From Promethearchaeota archaeon (GTDB lineage: Archaea > Asgardarchaeota > Lokiarchaeia > Sigyniarchaeales > SOKP01), in contig JAGXNO010000005.1 in the NCBI GenBank assembly GCA_019894975.1, positions 59,116-123,115 on the forward strand: a stretch of 64,000 bases of DNA. The letters are read 5' to 3'. This document shows positions 39,903-49,297 of the stretch, one piece after another. The notes beneath the pieces are model-generated. The model ran no database searches, was not told where the DNA came from, and saw only the letters and a program-made list of their open reading frames with translations. The translations under genes and the position numbers were made by a program. Each line of letters starts with the position of its first letter. The first letter of the stretch is position 1.

Positions 39903-41927
39903 ATGTCAGATCAAATTTGCCGATTTTGTCAAAGGTATGTTCAGTTGTCTTACTATTGTGAAGAATGCGGTGCTAATTGTTGTTCTGACTGTTTACACGA
40001 AAAAAAAGTTGACTTCTATGTATGTCAAGATTGTAATTCAAAAAATATAGAAATTTTTGATTCAGAAAAGAAGAAAGTATGTAAAGATTGCGGTCATGAA
40101 AACATAATAAAGATACATCAACCACTAAAATCATGTCCAAAATGTGGATCTCATAAAATTATTAATATATATGAAAAAAAGGAAGATTTAGAAAAAGAAT
40201 TCTTAGAATTGATTAAAAATTCTCGATTATTTATAAGCCCCCTGAGGGAAGCTTTAGATGAGTTACTTGTTCTTCAAACAGACTTAAAAAAGGCAAGAGA
40301 TCCCCCTATTAGATGCTATCATTTTCCAAAAATGGAATCAGATCTATTAGCTCTTTTTAAATTGTTTGCTTATGTGCAAAATACATTATTTGATAAAGTT
40401 AATGCACACTTTCATCAAATTGTTTTATATAAAGAATATTTTTTTGATATTTATGCTCAACCAAATTCAAATATAACTATTATAGAGGGTATCTTTGAGA
40501 ATCTTTTAAGGAGTTATAATTCTATCAATGATTTTATATCTAATAATGTGAAAACGTTTAAAGATAGTATAGCTTCTTTTGAAACTAATCTTAATTTCAT
40601 AGATAAAATCAGTCATTATTTTTCAACATATAAGAAATTAATAAATCTAGCTGATAGAGAAAAGCCTGTTTATGCAATCTATGCTAAACTAGCAAATGGT
40701 CTGGACACAGATGATAAATATAAAAAAGATAGAGGAATTTTATTTATTACTAATTTAGACTTATCTTTTGTTCATGAATATGGTATGAGAAAGAAAAAAC
40801 AAGCACTTATCTTTAAGGCTCCTGTTCAAGATTTAATAAGGATCAAAGAAAAAGGAAAAGTCTTCAAAAAATTATACATTGAGTTTGAGTATGGAAAATA
40901 TGAATTTACATTACCTGCTAATTCTCTTTCTAGAGTTATAGAATATATTCTTCTGGCAAGAACTTTTGATGAATCTACAGTTTTTGATAGTAAGTCAGCA
41001 AATAACCTTCAAAGAGTTAATATCGATTTAACTGAATTAGAAAATTTCATCGAAGAATGCATTAATTCATTTTTTAGCTTAAAATGCCAATATAATAATA
41101 GTTCTCAACAAGTTAACCAATATAATCAAATATTTCCCCAAGGGGTTAATACACCTTTAAACCAGATTCAAAGTTCAATGACCCAAGTAAATAATCATGG
41201 GTTTCCATATCAACAACCAAATTCAGGGCAATTTAGAGTTAATCAACCGATCTTACAAAATCAAAATCCTCAACATCTTCAATATACTTCACCTGTTGCT
41301 CCAAATCAAATTCCCCCAGGATCAAATGACTACTTTAACTCCTTAAATCAATATCAAAAGCCTAACTCCCAACCTAGTAAATTTTTTCAACAAAACTTCA
41401 TTAACCCAAATAGATTTCAAAATTATAATCCTCAAGAAATTACCAACAATTATGGGGAAATTCTAGATGTTAATCAAAGAGAACTTCAGCAAAGAAATTT
41501 AAATTACCCCCAAGGCTACTATGCTCAATTTCCAAATCAAATTAACCCAAATTCATTAAATGAAAATAATAATTTCCAAGAATTTAACAGAAATCACCTA
41601 TCTGATTTATTTGATCCAAATAACACCCTAATACAACATTCTTATAATCATAAGAGAAAATTATTTAAATTAGATCGAGAAAAACAAGAAAAAATGCTCG
41701 AATTAGAAAGAGATAGGTACAGTCTTAAAGCAACATTAAAAAAACTTGAAAAAAAATTTGATGATGGTTCAATATCAGAATCAGAATACTTCAAAGCATA
41801 CAGAAACTTAAATAAGGAAGTTTATCTCATCGAGAATAAAATTCAAAAATTGCAGCAACGTTTAGAAGAACTAGAATCTCTTAAACAAAATAGTAGGAGT
41901 TTTGATAATAAAGGATTCTATACTTAG
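39903..41927 (+). CDS. Multidomain protein: Cys-rich Zn fingers, helical region, PH/GRAM-like domain, Q/N-rich region, steadiness-box-like C-terminus
   Basis: Six CxxC pairs in the first ~80 aa. GILFITNLDLSF...PVQDL..I...G...KKLYIEF PH-like pattern. C-terminal LEKKFDDGSISESEYFKAYRNLNKEVY. Confidence 0.6.
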   Translation: MSDQICRFCQRYVQLSYYCEECGANCCSDCLHEKKVDFYVCQDCNSKNIEIFDSEKKKVCKDCGHENIIKIHQPLKSCPKCGSHKIINIYEKKEDLEKEFLELIKNSRLFISPLREALDELLVLQTDLKKARDPPIRCYHFPKMESDLLALFKLFAYVQNTLFDKVNAHFHQIVLYKEYFFDIYAQPNSNITIIEGIFENLLRSYNSINDFISNNVKTFKDSIASFETNLNFIDKISHYFSTYKKLINLADREKPVYAIYAKLANGLDTDDKYKKDRGILFITNLDLSFVHEYGMRKKKQALIFKAPVQDLIRIKEKGKVFKKLYIEFEYGKYEFTLPANSLSRVIEYILLARTFDESTVFDSKSANNLQRVNIDLTELENFIEECINSFFSLKCQYNNSSQQVNQYNQIFPQGVNTPLNQIQSSMTQVNNHGFPYQQPNSGQFRVNQPILQNQNPQHLQYTSPVAPNQIPPGSNDYFNSLNQYQKPNSQPSKFFQQNFINPNRFQNYNPQEITNNYGEILDVNQRELQQRNLNYPQGYYAQFPNQINPNSLNENNNFQEFNRNHLSDLFDPNNTLIQHSYNHKRKLFKLDREKQEKMLELERDRYSLKATLKKLEKKFDDGSISESEYFKAYRNLNKEVYLIENKIQKLQQRLEELESLKQNSRSFDNKGFYT

Positions 41928-42009
41928 ATCTTTATTCGCGCATAATTTATGCAGATTTTGCATTTTAATCGTAATCTAAGTTTATATTCTTATAAGTGTT
42001 TTAGATAAT

Positions 42010-43029
42010 ATGGAAAGTCCCTCTACTTCTATTGTAGGAAGTTGGCCTTTAAGCCATTGCACTGAAAATATGGAAAGGATTTTTAATGATTTAATTCAAA
42101 TTGGTATCGATTTTCCATGTTATCCTCAATTAAATTCTATGATTTCTCAATTTTTATCCCCATTGACAGAAGAAATTTCCCCCTTAGAAGAAATTAACAA
42201 CAAATTTTATTTATCAGATGACTTCAAAATCCCGAAAAACCCAATAGCTTTAGAATATGGAAAATTCATTAAAAATTTTTTTGACAAACACCCAGAACTG
42301 TTAAAACAAGTTAAGGGAACTAAAGCCTGTTTAACCGGACCAATAACTTTAGCTGCTGAAATAATCTTGAAAGGTGATGTAGCGAAGGGATTAAAAGCCA
42401 GAATCTTTACAGAACCTAGAGCAATAATGGTGGATTGGATTGTAGAAAAATTAGCAGAAATTATGAAACAAGTAGGAAAAGAGTATAATAAAATGGGTAT
42501 AGATATAATTTCTATGGATGAACCTCTTTTGGGTGTTTTAATAGGAAGAAAAGTATTATTTCATTCTGAAGATTTCATTTTAGAAATTCTAAATAAATCC
42601 ATTTCAGAAATTAAATCTTTATCATCGATTCATGTGTGTGGCAGAATTAGTCCTAAATGCCGTGATATACTCCTTCAAACTAACGTGAACATATTAGACC
42701 ATGAATTTAGAACAAACGAGGAAAATTTTGATATTTTTCAAAAAGAGCATCTTACAAATAATGATAAAATATTAGCTTTAGGAACAGTTAAATCTAAGTT
42801 TTTGCCAGTAGAAGGATATGAAATCAATGATTATGTTGAAGGAATAGACTCTCTTGAAGCTTATATTCGAAAAGCTTTTAAACAATACGGTAAGGAAAAT
42901 TTAATCATTAAACCCGATTGTGGCTTCAATGCTATTAAAAACATGTTTGATGATGAGAATTTCGCTTACGAGATTACTCTTAGAAAAGTAAAAAACATGG
43001 TACTTGCTTTGAAAAGAATTATAAAATAG
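42010..43029 (+). CDS. Core (single-barrel) MetE-like methionine synthase
   Basis: SIVGSWP, KACLTGPITLA, MDEP. Zn ligands HVC...E...PDCG. Confidence 0.75.
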   Translation: MESPSTSIVGSWPLSHCTENMERIFNDLIQIGIDFPCYPQLNSMISQFLSPLTEEISPLEEINNKFYLSDDFKIPKNPIALEYGKFIKNFFDKHPELLKQVKGTKACLTGPITLAAEIILKGDVAKGLKARIFTEPRAIMVDWIVEKLAEIMKQVGKEYNKMGIDIISMDEPLLGVLIGRKVLFHSEDFILEILNKSISEIKSLSSIHVCGRISPKCRDILLQTNVNILDHEFRTNEENFDIFQKEHLTNNDKILALGTVKSKFLPVEGYEINDYVEGIDSLEAYIRKAFKQYGKENLIIKPDCGFNAIKNMFDDENFAYEITLRKVKNMVLALKRIIK

Positions 43030-43128
43030 GTTAAAAAACCCTTTCCCAAAAATAATTTACAACTCTCTATGCTCTTTAAAAAATTTGACGATAATTAGCA
43101 AAAAATAAAAAATCTTTATGAGAAAAGG

Positions 43129-43782
43129 TTAACTTTGTAGTTCTTTACGAAGTTTTTCAATCTCATCCTGAAGTTTTTCTTTAGATTTAACTCCAACTTC
43201 TTCTTCAAATTCTTCTCCGTATTCAGGGATATACTGCAAGTCATCTGAGGGGGCTTCTGGCATAGTTCCACCCTGATCGAGCAACATCTCTGTTTCTAAT
43301 TGATTTAGTTCATCTGTTACATCAATTGCAAGATCAATTTCCGGATCACCCGCTAAAATATCTGCTGCTTCCTCTATTTCTGCGACATAAGCTTCAGAAT
43401 CTTCAGCAATTTCCGCAACTTTAGCAGGAGAGGCTTTAGTGGCTATGTATTCTAATTCATCGCGTATCCCACTAAAAATGTCTCCAGTTGCAGAGATTAG
43501 TTGTCCCTCTTCAATTGCTTGAATTTGACGCTCTATCTTACCTCTAATGTTAGTTGTTCTATCAACTTTCGCATTATATGATTTATATTGAATGAGATAA
43601 TTTTTTGCTCGACCTTTTTCACCACGCTTTAATGCAATCTTCGCATTTTTACGACTTATTTCAGCTCGTTTACTGTAATTCCTATTTATAACATTTAATC
43701 TGTGTATGTGTCCCTTAGCCTTAGAAATCAAATCATCTTTCTCTTTTCCTTTACGTGGAAATAGCTTCTTTTTCAGACCCAT
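43129..43782 (-). CDS. ESCRT-III subunit, Snf7 (Vps20/32/60) family
   Basis: Basic N-terminal helical hairpin (AKIALKRGEKGRAKNYL...GKIERQIQAIE), acidic C-terminal half, DELNQLE, MIM2-like MPEAP. Confidence 0.8.
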   Translation of the reverse strand: MGLKKKLFPRKGKEKDDLISKAKGHIHRLNVINRNYSKRAEISRKNAKIALKRGEKGRAKNYLIQYKSYNAKVDRTTNIRGKIERQIQAIEEGQLISATGDIFSGIRDELEYIATKASPAKVAEIAEDSEAYVAEIEEAADILAGDPEIDLAIDVTDELNQLETEMLLDQGGTMPEAPSDDLQYIPEYGEEFEEEVGVKSKEKLQDEIEKLRKELQS

Positions 43783-43938
43783 TTTAGTTCTACACTATTT
43801 AGTAGTATTTATAATAATTTACTATATTATGAATAATATGAACTACTAATTTAAAAATTTAATAATAAACTAATACATTATAATAAAATAATTTCTATAA
43901 AAAAACTTTCATAGTCCAAAGTCTACGATTTTCTTGTC

Positions 43939-45054
43939 ATGAAAAAAATCATCTTAAATTTCGAAAAGAAGCAAGATAATTTTAAAGAATTCGTTCAAGA
44001 GGCATTTAATAAAGACATTCTGAATTTTTTAATATCAAATAATACATTTTCTGAGTTTAAAAAGATTGAACGAATTAACCTCTATTCAAAAGATCTTGAT
44101 CTTCCCGCGAATTTCTACATAACTGATAATAGAGAGGAGCTAAAAGAATTACTAACTGATATAAAATTTTCAAAACATTCTATTGGATTTTTTAAAGAAT
44201 TAAAATCAAAGGATGACGAGAAAGAAGTAATAGACCTTTCCAGAACGAAACAAGTTGATTTTATAATTGTATCCGCAAAAGACTGGAAGATTATCCCATT
44301 TGAGAATATTATCGCTGAAATGCACAAGTCCGATACTGATTTAATTGCTGCAGTAAGTGACGTTGATGAAGCTGAATTAATGTTAAAAACTTTAGAAATT
44401 GGTGTGGATGGAGTACTTTTAACACCGAAAAATGTGAATGATATAATTCAGCTAAAAAACCTTATACACCCCTCTTTTCAAATTGAACTTTTAAAAGCAA
44501 AAGTAATTACTATTGAAACTATCCCTGAAGCAGAAAGAGTTTGTGTAGATACTACGTCACTTCTTAGTATAGGAGAGGGGCTTCTGGTGGGTTCTACTGC
44601 CGCAGGATTTTGTCTCGTTCATTCTGAAACATTCGAAACACAATTTGTAGCATCTAGACCGTTCAGAGTTAATGCTGGAGACGTTTCTGCTTATATATTG
44701 GTACCTGATGATAATCCAGACGCAATATATCGTACTAAATATCTGAGTGAATTGAAAGGTGGGGACAGAGTACTAGCAGTTTCTAATAAAGGTGATGTCA
44801 GAATTGTATCAGTAGGAAGAGTAAAAATTGAAACACGGCCAATGTTAAGATTTGAATTGGAATGTGTCAGAGATGATATTAAAATAAAATTAAGCTGTAT
44901 TTGTCAAAACGCCGAGACAATTCGCTTAGTAGGAGGAAATGGTAAAGCGGTATCGGTAGTTGATATTAAGATCGGTGATGAGGTTTTAGTTCACATTGGT
45001 CCCGGAGCAACGCATTTCGGAACACCTATAAAAGAGACGATAATTGAAAAATAA
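43939..45054 (+). CDS. 3-dehydroquinate synthase II (archaeal type)
   Basis: DWKIIPFEN, LEIGVDGV, RVCVDT..LL..GEGLLVGS, RPFRVNAG, QNAETIRL. Confidence 0.92.
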   Translation: MKKIILNFEKKQDNFKEFVQEAFNKDILNFLISNNTFSEFKKIERINLYSKDLDLPANFYITDNREELKELLTDIKFSKHSIGFFKELKSKDDEKEVIDLSRTKQVDFIIVSAKDWKIIPFENIIAEMHKSDTDLIAAVSDVDEAELMLKTLEIGVDGVLLTPKNVNDIIQLKNLIHPSFQIELLKAKVITIETIPEAERVCVDTTSLLSIGEGLLVGSTAAGFCLVHSETFETQFVASRPFRVNAGDVSAYILVPDDNPDAIYRTKYLSELKGGDRVLAVSNKGDVRIVSVGRVKIETRPMLRFELECVRDDIKIKLSCICQNAETIRLVGGNGKAVSVVDIKIGDEVLVHIGPGATHFGTPIKETIIEK

Positions 45055-45073
45055 AAAGAATAGGATTAATTTT

Positions 45074-46201
45074 TTAAACATTCCCTTCTTTGAATAAGGG
45101 AATTATTTCCTCACTAATTATTCTTGAAGCATCCCAGTAAGTAAATGGAGCATTTTTACTTGAAGCACCATTAGTAGAAGAAAATATAAAATGATTAGCA
45201 CCCGCTTCGATATATATTCTAATTCTTTTTATAATATCTTCTTTTGTTCCAATCATTACACTCTCACGTATTAGATCATCTGGAATATCCTCCACTAAAG
45301 GCTGTAATTTTCTCATATCGAAACTTATAACATCATCTCTATCAATTTTTAGAATATTAAGCTCTTCACTTTTATGCCCGGTAGCTTCTAGATAAATTTC
45401 TTCATATTCCTCTTTCCAATATCCTAATTCCTTTATTCTTTGAGGATTTGTAAGCATTTCATATTTATTTCCTTGTATCCTCTGATTGATTTTATTTGGA
45501 TCATCATTGATAAAGGTAAATTGAAATACACCAAATGAAAATTTATCCAAATCCCTTCCCACATCATTCATTGCATTAACAATTTGTTGTTTTTTAGTGG
45601 TATAGGTTTTGGAATCAATTCCAACAGGCGCCCACCCATCAGCAATTTCACCAGTCAGCTTTAATGTTTTTGGTGAGTTTGCTCCTATCCATATCGGAAT
45701 ATCTGACACTGGTTTAGGTAGTAAATTCGCATTTTTAGCATTGTAGTGTTGCCCCTTAAATGAGACATTTTTTCCTTCATTCCAGAATGACTTCATGTAG
45801 TTAATAGATTCCCTCATTTTGGAAAGAGCACGGTCGGACGCTATGCCATATGCCTTTAAATTCATCGCTTCTCCTGCTCCTATCCCCAATATTAAATTTC
45901 CTTCAGTAAGGTGGTTAATAGAAGTGCACAACTGTGCTAGGACCGCAGGATGTATTCTATGAGGATCTGTCACTGCAGTTCCAAAAGATTTATCTTTAAC
46001 TAATTCTGCCATTGCCCCAAATAATGCCCAAGGACTTAAATAATCGTCAACTAAGGTACCACCCATACCAGATAGGTGATCGGGAAGCCATAAAGAATCC
46101 CAATTTTCTTTACTTGCAGCAATAACCTTTTTTCGAAAAAAATCATAAGAATGTAAAAAATATAGTTGCTGACCAAATTTTATCTCACTCATGTTTATCA
46201 C
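45074..46201 (-). CDS. LLM-class (probably F420-dependent) oxidoreductase
   Basis: WLPDH, GTAVTDPHRIHPAVLAQ, LGIGAGEAMNL, PIWIGA, GEIADGW. Confidence 0.88.
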   Translation of the reverse strand: MINMSEIKFGQQLYFLHSYDFFRKKVIAASKENWDSLWLPDHLSGMGGTLVDDYLSPWALFGAMAELVKDKSFGTAVTDPHRIHPAVLAQLCTSINHLTEGNLILGIGAGEAMNLKAYGIASDRALSKMRESINYMKSFWNEGKNVSFKGQHYNAKNANLLPKPVSDIPIWIGANSPKTLKLTGEIADGWAPVGIDSKTYTTKKQQIVNAMNDVGRDLDKFSFGVFQFTFINDDPNKINQRIQGNKYEMLTNPQRIKELGYWKEEYEEIYLEATGHKSEELNILKIDRDDVISFDMRKLQPLVEDIPDDLIRESVMIGTKEDIIKRIRIYIEAGANHFIFSSTNGASSKNAPFTYWDASRIISEEIIPLFKEGNV

Positions 46202-46299
46202 GCGAAAACCATATAGATAATGTTAACAAATAGTACATAGTTTTAAAAATTCATTCTTTATTGAATTATTATATAGCAAATTAATACTAAACAAGAACT

Positions 46300-47577
46300 A
46301 TGACAACATTCTGGGCTCCTTTGATCCATATTTATCAGCCACCATCACAAGAGCTTAGTATCTTAAAATTAATAGATAAAGAATGTTACAAACCTTTATT
46401 TACCTTATTTGAAGAATTTGAGGATGTCAAATTTAGCTTAAATATAAGTGGTGTGCTGATTGAGCTATTGTATGAATTTGGCTTATCAGATACTATGGAT
46501 TTATTAAAGAACTTAGTATCTGAAAGTAAAATTGAAATTGTTGGGACTGCTAAATATCATCCTATCCTTCCCTTAATACCTGAAAAAGAAGTACAATATC
46601 AAATCCAGATGAATGAAGAAGTCAATCGAAGAGAATTTGGCAGATGGGAAAGGAAAGGGTTTTTCCCCCCAGAATTGGCTATTTCTGGAAGAGTTGCTAA
46701 ATATATTCGTCAATTAGGATATAAATGGGTTGTTGTGAGTGGTATTGCCTGTCCTGAGGAGTGGTCATATAACAAGATCTATACTTCTCCTAATGGTCTT
46801 CAGTTATTTTTTAGAGATGATATCCTAAGTAATAAAATATCTTTTAAGAATATCTCAGCAAATGAATATGTGAATACTATTAAAGAGATATTTCAACCAA
46901 TAGAAGTTTCAAAGTCAAAGTCTAACATTGAAATTGATAAGTTCATCATAACGGCTATGGATGGGGAGACGTTTGGACATCATATCAAAAATTATGAGAA
47001 AACCTTCTTAAAAAAAGTCTTAGATCAGATTAATAATGAAGAAAATATTCAAACTTTTTTTATTTCAGAATTGGATCAGCACTTTCCATTAAGCAGTAAA
47101 AAAATAATTCCACTTGAATCAAGTTGGAGTACAACTTATGAAGATATTCAGGCAGGGATTCCTTATCCATTATGGAAACATCCTGAAAATAAAATACATA
47201 AATATTATTGGAAACTCATGAAAAGTCTTAATAACCTAATGAATTTAGCTGACAAGATCGATATAAAAACAGACTGGGAGGTTGAAAATTACTATAACAC
47301 TGCTAGATATTTTTATAATCGTGGGATCTATTCTTGTCCTACGTGGTGGTCAAACCCACATAACAAAACGTGGAGTCCAAACCTTATTTATAAGGGAATA
47401 GAATTACTTATGCGAGCGGCCCTTAATGCTCAGATGGCATTGGTATACTATGGAGAATCTGACAGAAGTGATGGATATTATGATTCTATCTCGTTATATC
47501 ATAGTTTACTTTTAATGGAGTTATCAACTATCTCAAAAAAGAATATAAAAAAAATAAATGAGAGCAATAATGAATAA
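46300..47577 (+). CDS. Glycoside hydrolase family 57 protein
   Basis: HIYQPP, YHPILPL, FFPPELA (nucleophile Glu), AMDGETFGHH (acid/base Asp). Confidence 0.88.
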   Translation: MTTFWAPLIHIYQPPSQELSILKLIDKECYKPLFTLFEEFEDVKFSLNISGVLIELLYEFGLSDTMDLLKNLVSESKIEIVGTAKYHPILPLIPEKEVQYQIQMNEEVNRREFGRWERKGFFPPELAISGRVAKYIRQLGYKWVVVSGIACPEEWSYNKIYTSPNGLQLFFRDDILSNKISFKNISANEYVNTIKEIFQPIEVSKSKSNIEIDKFIITAMDGETFGHHIKNYEKTFLKKVLDQINNEENIQTFFISELDQHFPLSSKKIIPLESSWSTTYEDIQAGIPYPLWKHPENKIHKYYWKLMKSLNNLMNLADKIDIKTDWEVENYYNTARYFYNRGIYSCPTWWSNPHNKTWSPNLIYKGIELLMRAALNAQMALVYYGESDRSDGYYDSISLYHSLLLMELSTISKKNIKKINESNNE

Positions 47578-47579
47578 TG

Positions 47580-47941
47580 TTATTTATTCACTGTAATTAA
47601 ATCATTTATTATATCACTCCACTGATCTAAATGCCTGACAAACCATGCAACAGAAGTTCTTTTATCCGTTTTTTAAACATTTTTTTTAGCATACTAATTT
47701 CATACTAAAACTTCATGTCTTTAATACTATCTATGTATCTATTCAATTATTCTTTCATAATATTATTTTCCCCACTTTAAAGTTGCATCTCTTTGTGCCA
47801 TAATATTATTTTTGTTTGCCACGTTCGAGGTTGAAATTGAGTAATTGGAAAAAAATCCGTTTTTAAATTAATGCAAGACATCGGAACACGGTCAGGTTTC
47901 TCGAAGTGAAAAGCTCTTCTAACCCTCTCCTTACAATTCAT
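47580..47941 (-). pseudogene. Decayed uroporphyrinogen-decarboxylase/MtaA-family methyltransferase gene
   Basis: MNCKERVRRAFHFEKPDRVP matches the family N-terminus but stops after 54 aa (TAA at 47779-47777). Downstream fragments (YYERIIE*IH, IINDLI) resemble C-terminal motifs. Confidence 0.6.
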
Positions 47942-48092
47942 AAAATCTCAATTGATTTTAATTATTAATTAAAGTTAAAAATATAAACATAAATTATTTA
48001 ATACCTAGTTTATATATTAAACCAAATATAATTTTAACATAGATTTGAACTATAGTTCAGTGATAATTAAATTTTAATGCAACTGATAAAAA

Positions 48093-49169
48093 ATGTCTCG
48101 AGAAAACACAAAAAAAATTAAATACTGTGTATATTGTGGTGTTGACGTCGCAAAAAATAAAACTTATTGCCCAAACTGTGGTAAATTAGTTGTAAAACTA
48201 AAAGAAGGTGAACAACAAGCAAAACAACATATTACTCCTAAACCTGATACCATGAAAAAGGTCGATATATCACGAAAATGCCCTGGTTGTGGGTCAGTTA
48301 TCACCTCAACAATCTTAGATCAATGTCCTATATGTAACGCAGCTTTAGAAAAAATTCCAGAGGCTCAAAAAGTTGCAATCAAAAAAAAACCTGCATTTAT
48401 ATTTACAAATAAAAAATTGCGGCCTGAACAAAACTTTATCCTTAAAAAGGATGAATGGAATTTAAAGGAAGGTATAAATGTCTTCAGTACATGTGTGTAT
48501 ATTTATATAATATCCTTTTTTCTTATCTATTTCTTTTTAGTTTTTCAAGGAGACGGTGATTCTATTGACCAAACGATTCAAATGTTTATAATAAGCCAAA
48601 TTCCTGAAGTTTTAATTGCTATCTATCCCATATATTATGTAATATCTAAGAATCACAGTTATACTAAACTAGGATTTGAAAGGGATCCTAAGAAGGTTCT
48701 TAAAGCGGTGGTTATTGGTTTAGTAGGGGCTTTTAGTTTATTATTATTAAACCTTCTTTATAATACTTTGATAAGCTCTTTAGCAGACATAGGATTAGAT
48801 TTTTTTGGTATGGAAGTAGATTTAATTTTACAAAACCAGGTTATACAAAATGCTGATCTCATCTGGGTAATTTTACTTGTAATTTTAATCGCTCTTGGAG
48901 CAGCTTCACTTGAAATTGTGTACCGAGGCGTTTTGCATAATGCATTGAAACAGAGATTTCGTAATGAAATTTATGTAATTCTTATAGTTGCATTAGTTTA
49001 TTCGGTTTTCATGGTGTTGATTTATCCAAATCCAACATTCTTTCTCTTGAATTTCTTGGGATTTGTAATTTTAGGAATAATATGGGAGGTATCTAATGGT
49101 AATATTTATAGCACCCTAATAGCGAGTGTTTTGTATAGCATTCTGCCGATTATTCTAATCCTTTTTTAA
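48093..49169 (+). CDS. Zinc-ribbon plus CPBP (Abi/CAAX protease-like) membrane protein with degenerate catalytic motifs
   Basis: Four CxxC pairs at the N-terminus and about 7 TM segments. LEIVYRG replaces EExxxR, and the conserved His residues are absent. Confidence 0.7.
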   Translation: MSRENTKKIKYCVYCGVDVAKNKTYCPNCGKLVVKLKEGEQQAKQHITPKPDTMKKVDISRKCPGCGSVITSTILDQCPICNAALEKIPEAQKVAIKKKPAFIFTNKKLRPEQNFILKKDEWNLKEGINVFSTCVYIYIISFFLIYFFLVFQGDGDSIDQTIQMFIISQIPEVLIAIYPIYYVISKNHSYTKLGFERDPKKVLKAVVIGLVGAFSLLLLNLLYNTLISSLADIGLDFFGMEVDLILQNQVIQNADLIWVILLVILIALGAASLEIVYRGVLHNALKQRFRNEIYVILIVALVYSVFMVLIYPNPTFFLLNFLGFVILGIIWEVSNGNIYSTLIASVLYSILPIILILF

Positions 49170-49297
49170 TCTAAATCTTACATTTCCTTCTTAATATAAA
49201 ATTTTAAATTATTGAAAAATCAATAATCTCTAGTATATTTTTTAATTACTACATTTATTTTAATACGGGAAATGTAGGTTAAGTAGGAGTAAGAAGA

